In this document: in pieces, positions 9,454 through 18,714 of the stretch
Position numbering within the stretch: position 1 is the first letter of the stretch
Layout of the letters: each line of letters opens with the position of its first letter
Source: an uncultured Methanosarcinales archaeon
GTDB taxonomy: Archaea; Nanobdellota; Nanobdellia; Woesearchaeales; GW2011-AR15
Reading direction: 5' to 3'
Assembly: GCA_964552005.1 (NCBI GenBank)
Contig: CAZKFC010000001.1
Location: 109,934-173,933, forward strand
Length of the DNA: 64,000 nucleotides
Notes under the pieces: generated by a model
What the model saw: the letters and a program-made list of their open reading frames with translations, nothing else
The model's database searches: none
What the model was told of the DNA's origin: nothing
Position numbers and translations under genes: made by a program

Positions 9454-9790
9454 TACGAAAAATGGAAGACATCAAGAATATGTAATTAGAGGGAGAAGTA
9501 TGTTACCTTTCTATCCACCAGGTAAAAAGGTAAAACTATATTCTACCAAAACCTATGTTGTTGGAGACATTATTGGGTATCTTGATAAGAAACAACTCAT
9601 CGTACACAGAGTTATTGATGTTAAAAAAAGTTATTTAATTACTAAGGGAGATTTTAATTTTTTTATTGATTCAAAAATCAGAACAAATAAAGTTATTGGA
9701 AAGATAAATAATAATAACAAGTTACTTAATTACTTTATTGCAAGAATATCAATGTTATTAGGTAAGATTTATTCTTTGTTTCATAGTTAA
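9434..9790 (+). CDS. S24/S26-family peptidase
   Basis: GRSMLP (Ser), VHRV (His), TKGD.N. Confidence 0.8.
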   Translation: MKKKNHNTKNGRHQEYVIRGRSMLPFYPPGKKVKLYSTKTYVVGDIIGYLDKKQLIVHRVIDVKKSYLITKGDFNFFIDSKIRTNKVIGKINNNNKLLNYFIARISMLLGKIYSLFHS

Positions 9791-9821
9791 ATATTTAAAA
9801 AATTGAGCAATACTCACAACC

Positions 9822-11234
9822 ATGAAAGTACTTCTTATTAGTCCAACCGATTTTAATAACTATAGAAAAGTTCAACCTGGGAGAATTCCTTTAAATTTGC
9901 TTTATATTGCATCTTACTTAAGACAACATCAAGCAAATATTGAATTAAAGGTAATTGATTGTATTGCAGAGAAATTATCATTGGAAAAAACAAATCATAT
10001 TATTAAAAAATATTCTCCGGATCTTGTTGGTATTACGTTAGTAACTGAATTTTATAATTCAGCCATAAATTTAACCAAAAATATTAAACAAATAATACCT
10101 AATTGCAAGATTGTTTTTGGAGGATTACATGCCTCTGCTTTGCCGAAAGAGATTATCAAAAACGATTTTATAGACTTTGTTTTAGCCGGAGAAGCAGAAA
10201 TTGCATTTCATAATTTGTGCGGTTATTTAAATGGAAAACTGAAAATTACCTCTGTACCAGGATTATACTATAAAAAAAAAGGCAAAATTAAGTCTAATAA
10301 AATTAAATTCATCAAAGATTTAGATAGTTTACCCTTTCCAGCCAGAGAGTTAGTAAATCAAAAATTATATTTTACAAAATATTCAAAAAAAACAACATCA
10401 ATAATGGTTAGTAGAGGATGTCCTTATTCTTGTATTTATTGTGCTCATAAACTCGCATTTGGACAGAAAATAAGAAGAAGAAGTATAAAAAATGTCATAG
10501 AAGAGATTAAACACTGCATAGCTAAATATGATATACATTCTTTTGAATTCATAGACTCTCTTTTTATTTCTTCAAATAAATATACAAAAAAACTCTGTGA
10601 ACAAATTATTAAAGATAACTTGAAAATTACTTGGAGATGTCAAACAAGAATAGATTCTTTTATTCCCAATAAAAATAATATGAAAAAAGACATCATTCAA
10701 TTGATAAAATTAATGAAAAGATCGGGTTGTCAGAGAATTTATTTTGGTATTGATTCAGGCAACGAAGAAATATTAAGAATAAATAAGAAATCACAGAAAT
10801 TAAATGAAATTAAGGAAGTAATTGATTTAATTAACAAACAGGGTATAAAAACACAAGCCACTTTTGTTTTGGGGTTATTGGGAGAAAATAAAAAAACAAT
10901 TCAAGATACTTTTGATTTTGCTAATACTTTAAATCTTGACGACATTTATTATACAAGAGCCTATGCATATCCAGGAACAGAATTTTATGATAAATTAGCA
11001 GATGCAAAAAAAATAAAGAAGAAATATTGGATAAAAGGACAAGATATTATTTACTATGATAACTTTACTAGTAAGGATTTGGATAAGATTATTAAATCTC
11101 GGTTACTAAAATCCAAATTAAGTCCAGTTTACTTAGCTAGACAATTAATTTTATTAATAAAAAATCCTTCTAAGGACAACATACGTTCTTTTCTTTATAG
11201 GACTAAAAAAGTAATAAAAAAAATTATTAGTTAG
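9822..11234 (+). CDS. B12-binding-domain radical SAM enzyme
   Basis: PLNLLYIASYL, FGGLHAS, SRGCPYSCIYC, FGIDSG. Confidence 0.9.
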   Translation: MKVLLISPTDFNNYRKVQPGRIPLNLLYIASYLRQHQANIELKVIDCIAEKLSLEKTNHIIKKYSPDLVGITLVTEFYNSAINLTKNIKQIIPNCKIVFGGLHASALPKEIIKNDFIDFVLAGEAEIAFHNLCGYLNGKLKITSVPGLYYKKKGKIKSNKIKFIKDLDSLPFPARELVNQKLYFTKYSKKTTSIMVSRGCPYSCIYCAHKLAFGQKIRRRSIKNVIEEIKHCIAKYDIHSFEFIDSLFISSNKYTKKLCEQIIKDNLKITWRCQTRIDSFIPNKNNMKKDIIQLIKLMKRSGCQRIYFGIDSGNEEILRINKKSQKLNEIKEVIDLINKQGIKTQATFVLGLLGENKKTIQDTFDFANTLNLDDIYYTRAYAYPGTEFYDKLADAKKIKKKYWIKGQDIIYYDNFTSKDLDKIIKSRLLKSKLSPVYLARQLILLIKNPSKDNIRSFLYRTKKVIKKIIS

Positions 11235-11608
11235 TCTTTTGAGATATTATATAAGGCTTTTAACGCAACGATTCCTGCACCTGGCGCAACAAATAAAGTT
11301 ATATTTGCTAACAATGGGTCAATAAAGTTTAGCCATTCTCCTATTACCGGAACTAAGCCAACTAATTTTGTCAATGTAACAGATAATGCATTTGCACTTA
11401 CCAAAAAAGTCAATGTTGCTATTAAGTATAAAGAAATCTCTTTATCTGTAATATTAAGCAATCCAACTACAAGTCCTAATGCACCCAACATCCAGAAAAC
11501 ACTGCCTGTTAACGCAGATACAAAAGCTATCACTAATCCCAGAATAAACGACCACGGCCCCACTTTATTAAGCAATCCATCGTTTTCAGGTTCTTCTTTT
11601 TTAGCCAT
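11231..11608 (-). CDS. small multi-pass membrane protein
   Basis: Four hydrophobic segments; GGGGTGA RBS upstream. Confidence 0.75.
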   Translation of the reverse strand: MAKKEEPENDGLLNKVGPWSFILGLVIAFVSALTGSVFWMLGALGLVVGLLNITDKEISLYLIATLTFLVSANALSVTLTKLVGLVPVIGEWLNFIDPLLANITLFVAPGAGIVALKALYNISKD

Positions 11609-11734
11609 ATTCTATCACCCCACAAAGTAATATAAAATTAAAGAATTATTAAATATAAAAATGTTTTCATTTTAAAGTGGTTTCACTTTTTATAAATAAC
11701 TTTTATAAATTATGATTTTTTCTCTTATCGTCAA

Positions 11735-11908
11735 GGGGACGTAGTACAACCTGGCTAGTATAAGCGGCTCCAGTCATGGAGTGATGAGTCTTCGGACAAT
11801 GACTTATCTGTGGTCAGTCACCTGAGGAAGTGACCGCTAGATCGGGGTTCAAATCTATTACGGCCTGTTAGGATGCAGGAACGAATAGTGGTTATCCCTG
11901 CGTCCCCA
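11735..11908 (+). tRNA. tRNA-Trp(CCA) with two introns (11774-11832 at 37/38; 11854-11894 at 59/60)
   Basis: Acceptor GGGGACG/CGTCCCC-A; anticodon stem AGCGG/CCGCT with CT-CCA-G|A; T arm CGGGG-TTCAAA|T-CCCTG; TTTATAAA about 30 nt upstream. Confidence 0.9.
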
Positions 11909-11935
11909 CTCTTTCCAAATGAAAATAAAATTGAG

Positions 11936-12250
11936 ATGATGAAAACTCATGAAAATATCCTCATAATTAGTATAATTCTTTTATCAAGTGTTATAACATT
12001 GGTTGATATAGGAGATGCACCGGTTTATCAAGATGAACACCTTCAAGTTTTACAAGTTAAATCTATTGATGATGTAGGTTATCCAAACAATTTGTATAAA
12101 GGGCAAGAAATAGTAATTAAAACAACAAAAAAGGGAATCATAAAAAACAAGATCCCATATGAAGTTTTCACGGGTTGGTTTCCTGCATATGTACAATATT
12201 TTATCATGAGAATTTTTGGATTTTCTAGAACTTCATTAAGATATCTATAA
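11936..12250 (+). pseudogene. N-terminal fragment of a GT-C (ArnT/PMT-like) glycosyltransferase
   Basis: TM helix then PVYQDE, later FGFS..SLR; ends abruptly after about 100 aa, overlapping a convergent fragment. Confidence 0.55.
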
Positions 12251-12644
12251 AGAGTTTATATTTTAAAAACAAAGAATATATTTGTGTTAAAACAAATAAT
12301 AAAAACACAAATCCTGCAAAAACAGGTGATAAAGTTAAACTTATTGATACTGCTAAGATGAATAAGATTGTTGCTAGAATAATTGCTTCGTGCTTTTTAA
12401 TTTTATCCGAAGCAATAGGTCTTAATTTTTTCTTATGATGTAATTTATTTTTTTTAAAATCAAGAATATCATTGATTACATAATTTGTTGAAGAGATTAA
12501 ACATAAAGCAACAAAACCGAGTAAAGTCTTTTCTAAGACAATTAGATTAAAAATCTGTTTTCCAAATACTATCGGAAGAAAAATAATCAAGTTTTTGTAC
12601 CACTGATATATCCTTATTTCATCCAAAGTATCTTTTATTTTCAT
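12225..12644 (-). pseudogene. truncated UbiA-family prenyltransferase (polyprenyl-phosphate phosphoribosyltransferase-like)
   Basis: RIYQWYKNL, YVINDILD, KKLRPIAS; about half the usual length. Confidence 0.7.
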
Positions 12645-12689
12645 ATTCTTCTTTAACTTATATTTATTACAAACATACAACTTGGTTTT

Positions 12690-13742
12690 CTAAAAAAACC
12701 AACTTACTATTTTTAATACTCCTTGTCTCCAAAGAGTGCTATGTGTAACACCATACTTATTTTCAAATTTATCTAGATTTTTAACATACCATATATACGT
12801 TCTTAGCAATGTGTCTTTATTTGAATACATAGGTTTGAAACCAAGAATTTTCTCAGCTTTTTCAATTGAAACAACAGAATCTTTTACCGCTGTCTCATAA
12901 ATCCATTGGTATAATGGAGACAACTTTAAAAAGTCTAGTATTTTAAGTAAACTAATTACAGGAAATTTAGGTAGTGGGATATTTTTCTTTTTAAATCCTG
13001 CATGATAGACAACATACCCAAAATCTTCGCGCATAGTTAAGAATTCTTTTGCTCCAATATTAAAAGTATCATTCACTTTATCTTCTGCTTTTTTTAGACA
13101 CAGTTCAATGGCAACACACAAATCTTCTACATCTAAAAGTTGATAGTGATTATTCCCGTTTCCAATAAGGGGTATGTTCTTTCCCCTTCTTATCCAATCT
13201 GAATAAATTGCCATTATGCCTAATCTCCCAGGACCCATAAATGTTTTAGGTCTTAGGATTGTAACACACATACCTTTTTTTCTATATTTATCACATATTT
13301 TTTCTGCTTTTATTTTGGCTTTTCCATACGATCCAACACCCTTTAGTTTATGGTGTTCATACAAGGGAGTGGAGTCAGGTATACCATAAACTGCAGTTGA
13401 TGAGATATAGATAAATTTTTTTATTTTTTGCCTATGTGCTACTCTAAGTATGTTTTCAGTTCCCATGATTTCTGTTGAGTAAATATCTCTTGCTGAGTAC
13501 AAGGGTAAAGCAGCAGCAGCATGAACAATGTAGTCGACACCGGTGAATATTCTATTTAGATTTTTTATTTTCCTTATATCACTCCAAACATACTTAGCTT
13601 TGTACTTCATATCATTGTAGTTTAAAGGCATCACAAGATCTATTACTTTGAGTTTATATCCTTTTTTGTAAAGATAGTTTACAAGATTGGTTCCAAGAAA
13701 TCCAGACCCACCAGTTATTAACACAGTTTTCTTCTTTACCAT
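12690..13742 (-). CDS. NAD-dependent epimerase/dehydratase
   Basis: TGGSGFLG, HAAA, SSTAVYG, YGKAK. Confidence 0.9.
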   Translation of the reverse strand: MVKKKTVLITGGSGFLGTNLVNYLYKKGYKLKVIDLVMPLNYNDMKYKAKYVWSDIRKIKNLNRIFTGVDYIVHAAAALPLYSARDIYSTEIMGTENILRVAHRQKIKKFIYISSTAVYGIPDSTPLYEHHKLKGVGSYGKAKIKAEKICDKYRKKGMCVTILRPKTFMGPGRLGIMAIYSDWIRRGKNIPLIGNGNNHYQLLDVEDLCVAIELCLKKAEDKVNDTFNIGAKEFLTMREDFGYVVYHAGFKKKNIPLPKFPVISLLKILDFLKLSPLYQWIYETAVKDSVVSIEKAEKILGFKPMYSNKDTLLRTYIWYVKNLDKFENKYGVTHSTLWRQGVLKIVSWFF

Positions 13743-13801
13743 AGGTTTATAATTGTTAATAAATTTATAAATATTTTTAAGAGATAAAAAATTTGTTGTG
13801 A

Positions 13802-15298
13802 TTAGGGTTTGTTTATAGTATATTGTTTAGATCTATTTACAAATTCTAAATCATAAAACTCAAAATTTTTTATTTTTGTTTTGAAAGAGACCTTATATTT
13901 GTTTTTTATTAACAAATTAAAATCATTGCAGTCCGTTGAAAGATTTTCTTTTACTATAAGTAAGCAATATATCTCTCCTTCTTTCAATGTATTATTTAGA
14001 ATATCCTCATATAAATAATCAAATGGTGTTCCACACCCCATATGTAAAGAAAATGCGGTTAAAGGATAATTTTTGTTTGTTAACCAATATAAACCAGGGT
14101 TCCATCCCCAGTAGTAGAAGCTTTCATTTTCGTTTAAATTATTTTTTAGAAAAGAGACAATTGCTTGTTGTTCAGAGTATGATGAAAATTCATGGAATTT
14201 TACTGAGTTTTTAATATTGTGTTCAGGATAATATTTTATTGATGTTAGAAAGGTAAATAACAATAATAAACTTATGAACAGTTTAAGATTTATATTTTGT
14301 TTTATTTTATTAAAAAGATTACTACTAAAAATTACAATTATGGGGAATAATGAAACTAAATAATGACCAAAACTAGGTGTTATTGTTTGATATATTAATG
14401 CAAACATACTCAACAAAAGTGCAATTTTAGATGTAAGATTTAGTTTTTTATATAACTTTAAACCAATTAATATTAATCCAATCATTAAAATGATAGCTTC
14501 AAAATATAAAATTGGAAACCCTTTATTGTGGAAAACTGCAAAATATTTTGAATAAATTAAATAAAAAGATTTTATAGAAACATATGCTAAGTAAATTAAA
14601 TTGATTTTAAATCTAACATAAAAATATCCAAGAGAAACAATGCCAATTGCAAAAGAGATAGATGAATATTGAATTATGTGTTTAATTTTCTTCTTTTGAA
14701 ATAATAATATTAAATTGAATATGCCTATATAGACCATGTTAAGAGAATTGGATAATAAAGCAATCGCCCAAAATAAGGAAGATAGATAAAAATATTTTTT
14801 ATTATCAGATGTAAAATACTTCGTTAAAAAATATAAAGATAATACAAAATATAAATTAAAGAATGTTCCAGGTTTGTTTAGAAAACCTTGTAATAATGGA
14901 ATGTGCATTAAAATTGAATAAATAAATCCTCCAAATAATGCCTCTTTATGGTTCTTTCTAATTTCATATAAATATAGTAGTAGAAAGAACAGAGACAAAA
15001 AGAAAATAAAACAACCATATAATCTAAAAACAAAAAAAGAGTGGTTTTTTAATATTAAAGGTGGAAAATAATTCATATATGAGATTGGTGTTTTTGTGTC
15101 AGCATATGAATAGGGATTTTTTCCTTTTAACCAACTATCAGATAAATAAAGCATAACTCCTTCATCATCTTCTAGAGGAACATTGAACCATAACAATCTA
15201 AGAGATATACTAAATATTAATAAGAAAAAGAACCATTTATTAAAAAATAATTTCTTATAATTTTTGGTCTTTTGTTTCATATGTTTTTCTAAAGGCAT
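13802..15298 (-). CDS. GT-C-type multi-pass glycosyltransferase
   Basis: DDEG after first TM, YADTKTP, many TMs, HYLVSLFP. Confidence 0.7.
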   Translation of the reverse strand: MPLEKHMKQKTKNYKKLFFNKWFFFLLIFSISLRLLWFNVPLEDDEGVMLYLSDSWLKGKNPYSYADTKTPISYMNYFPPLILKNHSFFVFRLYGCFIFFLSLFFLLLYLYEIRKNHKEALFGGFIYSILMHIPLLQGFLNKPGTFFNLYFVLSLYFLTKYFTSDNKKYFYLSSLFWAIALLSNSLNMVYIGIFNLILLFQKKKIKHIIQYSSISFAIGIVSLGYFYVRFKINLIYLAYVSIKSFYLIYSKYFAVFHNKGFPILYFEAIILMIGLILIGLKLYKKLNLTSKIALLLSMFALIYQTITPSFGHYLVSLFPIIVIFSSNLFNKIKQNINLKLFISLLLLFTFLTSIKYYPEHNIKNSVKFHEFSSYSEQQAIVSFLKNNLNENESFYYWGWNPGLYWLTNKNYPLTAFSLHMGCGTPFDYLYEDILNNTLKEGEIYCLLIVKENLSTDCNDFNLLIKNKYKVSFKTKIKNFEFYDLEFVNRSKQYTINKP

Positions 15299-15308
15299 TG
15301 TCTTGTTT

Positions 15309-15632
15309 TTAATTTATTCCTTTTGTATGGGTGATATGTTTTATTACTACTTTCTTAAAGAGAATAAATAAACGATATATACTAAAAGCACAAAGTACAT
15401 ATACAATTCCTATTACTGGAGTTAAATATCTCTCTGAACCAATTGATAATAAAAGTAATAAAATTATTAATATTACAGTATATAATAACGTTGTACCTGA
15501 AAGGTTTTTCTCTTTTATTGTTAAAATCCCTCCTACTGTAAAAAATATTAACCTTTAAATTGAAAATAATAAATTTATAGTTTCAGTTTCTGTATCCCTA
15601 AAGTTTAAAATTCTTATAACAAATAACACCAT
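15309..15632 (-). pseudogene. C-terminal remnant of a membrane glycosyltransferase-like gene
   Basis: Hydrophobic frame with SERYLTPV motif and in-frame TAA at 15555-15557. Confidence 0.45.
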
Positions 15633-15704
15633 TTAAATTATATAGTCTTTCAGGAGGTCTAAGGTCTATGTTTTTAACTTTAGCTAATTTTAACAAATTC
15701 AACA

Positions 15705-17408
15705 TCATTTTTTATCAAAAACATAATCCGGAATTAATATAATAGAGTTTCCCTTTTTTTCCAAAGATTCTATTTGACTTTTTAATTCATAATCTATTTT
15801 TTCAATTTCTGTCCTGTTAATAGGGTCAAACAGAGACCATGATTTTTTAAGGGGGTATACTACCAAAGCAGGGGTTGTAATTTTATTATTCTTCTTATTA
15901 TTCACATGTTTTATGTATTCACCTATCTTTGTCCACAAATCTTGATTTTGGAAAAAGAAGCTTGGTGGATAATCATTATATTGAATTTCTCCTTCTGTTG
16001 TATAAAAAAAAGCATGGGGAACAATTATATCAACACCGTTTTCAATTAGCCAGTTTGTTGTTGCTATTACTTTATTATATGTCAAATCCCAACCATATCC
16101 TGCAAAGGTTTCTGTTAACGAATAAGGTTTATTATATATGAACTCTGCTGATGAAACCAAAATTGGAGTTATTTTATTTTTATCAAAATATATAATATCA
16201 TCTGTACCTGGAATATCTAAATATTCCATAGTTCTAAAGAAATCTCCTTCAAAATTAACAATATCATAAAGATTTTCTTCAATTAAAACGTGACCAGTTA
16301 ACAATACTTTATGACTGCTTGTCCAATCATGTATTGTTTTAAAATAATTTTCAACATATAAATCTGTTCTTACTTCAAAATAATCTCTTTTTACTTTTTC
16401 AGAAATATTTCCTTCATCATCATACCAGAGGTAATACACATAATTTGTTATGTTGTATCCTTTTTTTTCATAAAACTCTTTTTCAAACAAATTGCTCCAT
16501 GCAATTGAACCCACATCATAAATATCATATGTGTTTGCATAAAAACCAGGTTCATCTGTGAAAAAACCAACTATTGTGTTCCCAAAATGGTCTGGAAATC
16601 TTCTATAATATTCTTCATGTGTAAGATTGATGAAATTAAGAGTTGCATTAGGATTCATCAAATCAACATAATAATGATGCTTATATTCAGTTTTAAAATG
16701 ACCATAATCCTGATAAAAAACATAAATCGAATTATTTTTGTATTCTTCACCAAATGAGCAGGAAATATTATTGCAATATTTTTCTTTTACATTAGAGGTA
16801 TTATCAATATTTGAGAATATGACAGAAACAATTTTTCTTGCCTTAAATTGAGTATTGGGCAGACTGAAATTTGAATTTTTCATTTTTTTCATTTTCAAAT
16901 TTTTTGCTATTAAATTAGGATTTTTTTCTAATACTTTTCCATTTGCAATTCCACTTGGCCAATCAAACTCATCGTAGATCCATGCTTTCATGTCTTTTTT
17001 TTGTAATTCTTTTAATGCATGTCCAACAAATTCAAACCATTCTTCAGAAAGATATTCTTGTACTAGTCCAGAACGTGCATGAATTATAACTTCTTTAATT
17101 CCAGTAGACTGCATTAACTCAATTTGTCTTGTGATTTCTTTTTTACTTAAATTACCATTCCAGAACCAGAAAGGTATGACTCTTTGGGGTGTATAATTAA
17201 GTCTTTTAAATAAAAATATGGTACTATTATCTCTATGAAATTTATTGATATCTACAGTTAATGAGATATCTTTCTCTTTATACAATATATTGTTTTTTCC
17301 ATCTACAGATTTTTTTATTATCTCAAATGAGATAAAACTGAAAAATAGAATAAACAATATTAGGAGTGAAACTTTGATTGTTTTTCCATTAAAAATACCC
17401 ATTAACAT
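15705..17408 (-). CDS. membrane-anchored GH106-like glycoside hydrolase
   Basis: PFWFWNG, WIYDEFDWPSG, GFFTDEP, TGH, PGTD, TETFAGYGW; N-terminal TM. Confidence 0.75.
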   Translation of the reverse strand: MLMGIFNGKTIKVSLLILFILFFSFISFEIIKKSVDGKNNILYKEKDISLTVDINKFHRDNSTIFLFKRLNYTPQRVIPFWFWNGNLSKKEITRQIELMQSTGIKEVIIHARSGLVQEYLSEEWFEFVGHALKELQKKDMKAWIYDEFDWPSGIANGKVLEKNPNLIAKNLKMKKMKNSNFSLPNTQFKARKIVSVIFSNIDNTSNVKEKYCNNISCSFGEEYKNNSIYVFYQDYGHFKTEYKHHYYVDLMNPNATLNFINLTHEEYYRRFPDHFGNTIVGFFTDEPGFYANTYDIYDVGSIAWSNLFEKEFYEKKGYNITNYVYYLWYDDEGNISEKVKRDYFEVRTDLYVENYFKTIHDWTSSHKVLLTGHVLIEENLYDIVNFEGDFFRTMEYLDIPGTDDIIYFDKNKITPILVSSAEFIYNKPYSLTETFAGYGWDLTYNKVIATTNWLIENGVDIIVPHAFFYTTEGEIQYNDYPPSFFFQNQDLWTKIGEYIKHVNNKKNNKITTPALVVYPLKKSWSLFDPINRTEIEKIDYELKSQIESLEKKGNSIILIPDYVFDKK

Positions 17409-17477
17409 TATAAATCTTTTTTGTAATTTCTTATTATCTTTATTTCATATATACTTTTTCTTATATTAACCTTCTTT

Positions 17478-18590
17478 TTATAGATATTCTTTTGGAATTT
17501 GAAATATTCTTGGATTCAAGTCTTTGTGTAATGGGACCTTATTTAAGACAGTTAGGGGAAGGTTAAGTACTTCATCGAAAAGCCTTTTTAGAGTTGACCA
17601 TCTAATCTTGTTTTCTTCATTTATAATTTTCAGTGCTTCTTCTCTTGAAATCTGATTATTTCTTATCATATTGCTTCTTAACTCATCATTTTCTGTAAAT
17701 CCTACCATCTTATAATATAAGAAATTATAGAGTGGCGGAATTAAATCATCTATTCTCCATGTGGCAAGGGTATCTTTTGCTGTTTCCCAATTAAGTTCTT
17801 TTTTAATAGTAGACACTATTTCTCTCTCATTCCACATAAAATAATCAAAATATCTTATAAGTTTTATCTTCTTTATTAGATTTTTTCCTTCAAAAAACAC
17901 ATAAAAACCAAACAAATTCTCAATAAGATCAAATGTTGTAAAATATTTGGGATTTTTAACATATTCCCTAAGATAACCAAGTAAAAGTTTAATCTTTAAC
18001 TTTGTAGATAAATTATGTCCTTGTAAATTAACGCCCAAAAATCCAGATTTAAAAGGGACCCATTCAAAAGCAGATTCTGCATCCAGCATTAATGATAAAT
18101 TATTCTTTACGCACACACTCCTTAGATGGTATTCCATTGTTTTATCTGCTAACATTAATATTGGAATCATGGCTACAGAAGGTTTTTTAAGCCATGCTCG
18201 AAAATTATTACTGAGCATTTTAATATTTTTTTTGATTTTATAGTTAATAACCAAATGATCTACATTTAATTTCTTAACAACCTTTTTTGCATTTTTGCTG
18301 CCAAGGGGAGATTGAATACCACATTTAAAAGTACACACTAATACCTTCAGTTTGTGAATTTTAACTAATCTATAAAGAAGATATGTACTGTCTCTTCCTC
18401 CACTAAAACCTATACAACAATCGTATTTACTCCTGGACTTTTGTTTGTATTTTTTTATTTCTCTTTCAAATATAGCCCTTCCTTTTACAGTAATTGGTTT
18501 GTAATTTAGACAGAAATTACATATGCCTTTTTTATTAAATTTTATATTAGGATATGTTTCTGGGAGAATGCATCTAGTACATCTTTTCAT
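17478..18590 (-). CDS. N-acetyl-sugar amidotransferase-like PP-loop ATPase
   Basis: CTRCILP, CNFC, YDC.IGFSGGRDST, IR..QISREEAL. Confidence 0.8.
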   Translation of the reverse strand: MKRCTRCILPETYPNIKFNKKGICNFCLNYKPITVKGRAIFEREIKKYKQKSRSKYDCCIGFSGGRDSTYLLYRLVKIHKLKVLVCTFKCGIQSPLGSKNAKKVVKKLNVDHLVINYKIKKNIKMLSNNFRAWLKKPSVAMIPILMLADKTMEYHLRSVCVKNNLSLMLDAESAFEWVPFKSGFLGVNLQGHNLSTKLKIKLLLGYLREYVKNPKYFTTFDLIENLFGFYVFFEGKNLIKKIKLIRYFDYFMWNEREIVSTIKKELNWETAKDTLATWRIDDLIPPLYNFLYYKMVGFTENDELRSNMIRNNQISREEALKIINEENKIRWSTLKRLFDEVLNLPLTVLNKVPLHKDLNPRIFQIPKEYL

Positions 18591-18714
18591 AAATAAAAGA
18601 AAAACGGCAATTTATTTAAATTTGCATGCTTTTAATAATTTGAGTTTTATATTTACTATTACTGAACTAATAATATACAAGATTACTACATTGTAATCTT
18701 CTAGAGATTAAAAC

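Noticed and set aside
11873..11935. 5' part of ORF 11873..12250
   Set aside because: Overlaps the tRNA-Trp 3' half; start moved to 11936
15331..15558. Plus-strand 75-aa ORF
   Set aside because: Shadow of a minus-strand membrane-gene remnant
17478..18590. PP-loop enzyme as the missing lasso cyclase
   Set aside because: N-terminal Cys motifs and C-terminal signature fit sugar amidotransferases; about 11 kb from the peptide gene, among glycan genes
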